The notes under the pieces were generated by a model. The model searched no databases. It saw nothing but the letters and a program-made list of their open reading frames with translations, and was not told where the DNA came from. Below are positions 62,465 to 64,000 of a stretch of DNA of 64,000 nt, piece after piece. Source of the stretch: Eledone cirrhosa (Eukaryota); the NCBI GenBank assembly GCA_964016885.1, contig OZ024740.1:435488001-435552000 (forward strand). Reading direction: 5' to 3'. The translations under genes were made by a program, and so were the position numbers. Within the stretch, counting starts at the first letter, position 1. Every line of letters begins with the position of its first letter.

Positions 62465-62565
62465 TTCACACACACACACAGACACACACTCACAGACACA
62501 CACACACAGACAGACACACACACACAGACAGACACACAGACAGACAGACAGACAGACACACACAC

Positions 62566-62600
<35 letters not shown>

Positions 62601-62820
62601 CAAACAGACAGACAGACACACAGACAGACAGACAGACAGACACACACACACACACAGACAGACAGACAGACAGACACACAGACAGACACAAACAGACAGA
62701 CAGATGTAAACTCCTGCGGTGCCAAGCCGTTTCGGCCCCAAGTCACGATTACATGTCTACTCTGCAACTGCCCATGTATTGAGTACTCCCAACATTATTG
62801 TACTCCTGGGTCTCACCACT

Positions 62821-62856
<36 letters not shown>

Positions 62857-63211
62857 TATACACACAGTCCTATATACACACAGTCCTACACTATTTACTG
62901 CAGTGTCTCAACATACATTGTCTCCTGCACCACAACTGTTGTCCCACTCACAATAAACTCTCTCTCCCTCCCTCTCCCCACACACTCTCTTTACCCCTCT
63001 CTCTATCTCTCTGGTCACTCTTTCTTTATTACTTTCTCACAAATCAATCCCTCCTCTCTCACTCATTCTCTTTTCCTCCCCCTCTGTCTCTGGTCCCTTC
63101 TTTCTTTCTTCTCCAATCAATTCTCTCTCCCTCCTCCCCCACTGCCCAGCTTGTCACTGCTAAGCTATCACACATACATATATTCCCACACACATACATA
63201 TATACACACAC

Positions 63212-63242
<31 letters not shown>

Positions 63243-63283
63243 TACATATACACATACATACATATACACACACGCACACATAC

Positions 63284-63314
<31 letters not shown>

Positions 63315-63597
63315 CACACACACATATATACACACACACACATATATATACCCACACACTTATATATACCCACACACACATACATATATACACACACACA
63401 CATATATACCCACACACATATATATACCCACACACACACTTACATATATACACACACACAAATATACCCACAGACATATATATACCCACACACACACACA
63501 TATATATATACACACACACATATATACCCCCCCCCACACACACACGCATATATATACACACACATTTATATACCCACACACATATATACACATACAC

Positions 63598-63631
<34 letters not shown>

Positions 63632-64000
63632 TCATATATATACACACATATATATATATACGCACACATATATATACACACATATATACACACACCATAT
63701 ATATACACACACATATATATACACACACCCCCATATATATACACACACACACATATATATACACACACATATATATACACACACCATATATATATACACG
63801 CATATATATACACACACACCATATATATACACACACCATATATATACACACACACACATATATATATATACACACACATATATATACCCATACACACACA
63901 TATATATATACCCATACACACACATATATACCCCCACACACACATATATATACCCATACACAAATATATATACACACACATATATATACCCATACACACA
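62465..64000. repeat. Simple-repeat / low-complexity zone: (CAGA)n, (CT)n, mixed (CA)/(TA)
   Basis: Direct inspection. Confidence 0.9.

Noticed and set aside
62715-62790. ccGAAAcggcttgg on the minus strand with a nearby gtattgagtac motif, similar to the 5374-5530 family
   Set aside because: No CUGANGA half or helices were found, and the match is too short to call.
63059-63999. Long Cys/Val/Tyr/Ile-rich ORFs (and many similar short ORFs across the window)
   Set aside because: They are translations of (CA)/(TA) microsatellites or antisense frames of LINE ORFs.

Overview
Repeat-dense, AT-rich eukaryotic (animal) DNA with no supportable host protein-coding gene. The repeat set (tRNA-headed SINEs with (GAT)n tails, RTE LINEs with a PHD-like insert, TA/CA microsatellites) looks octopod-cephalopod-like; that assignment is inference. 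Retroelements: (i) Penelope-like elements (PLEs) of the Naiad type, namely one long RT+GIY-YIG ORF at 715-2463 and two endonuclease C-terminal relics the ORF track missed (4287-4430, 18631-18954); (ii) a near-complete RTE LINE with an amplified 5' UTR, a second RTE family, a Tx1/L1-clade LINE in (GATA)n, and RLE-type and CR1-type 3' fragments; (iii) two SINE groups. Tandem arrays: a 16.3-kb 45-bp satellite with higher-order structure plus several minisatellites, at least two of which visibly arose inside dispersed repeats. The main hidden signal is about 13 type-I hammerhead ribozyme (HHR) motifs from about 8 sequence families, plus several half-motifs, read by eye on both strands. Most lie in fold-back or head-to-tail mini-elements inserted in (TA)n tracts. 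Some carry core variants (U3-A8, U4A), and one family shows pairing-preserving stem substitutions. All structures were folded by eye; none were computed or assayed.
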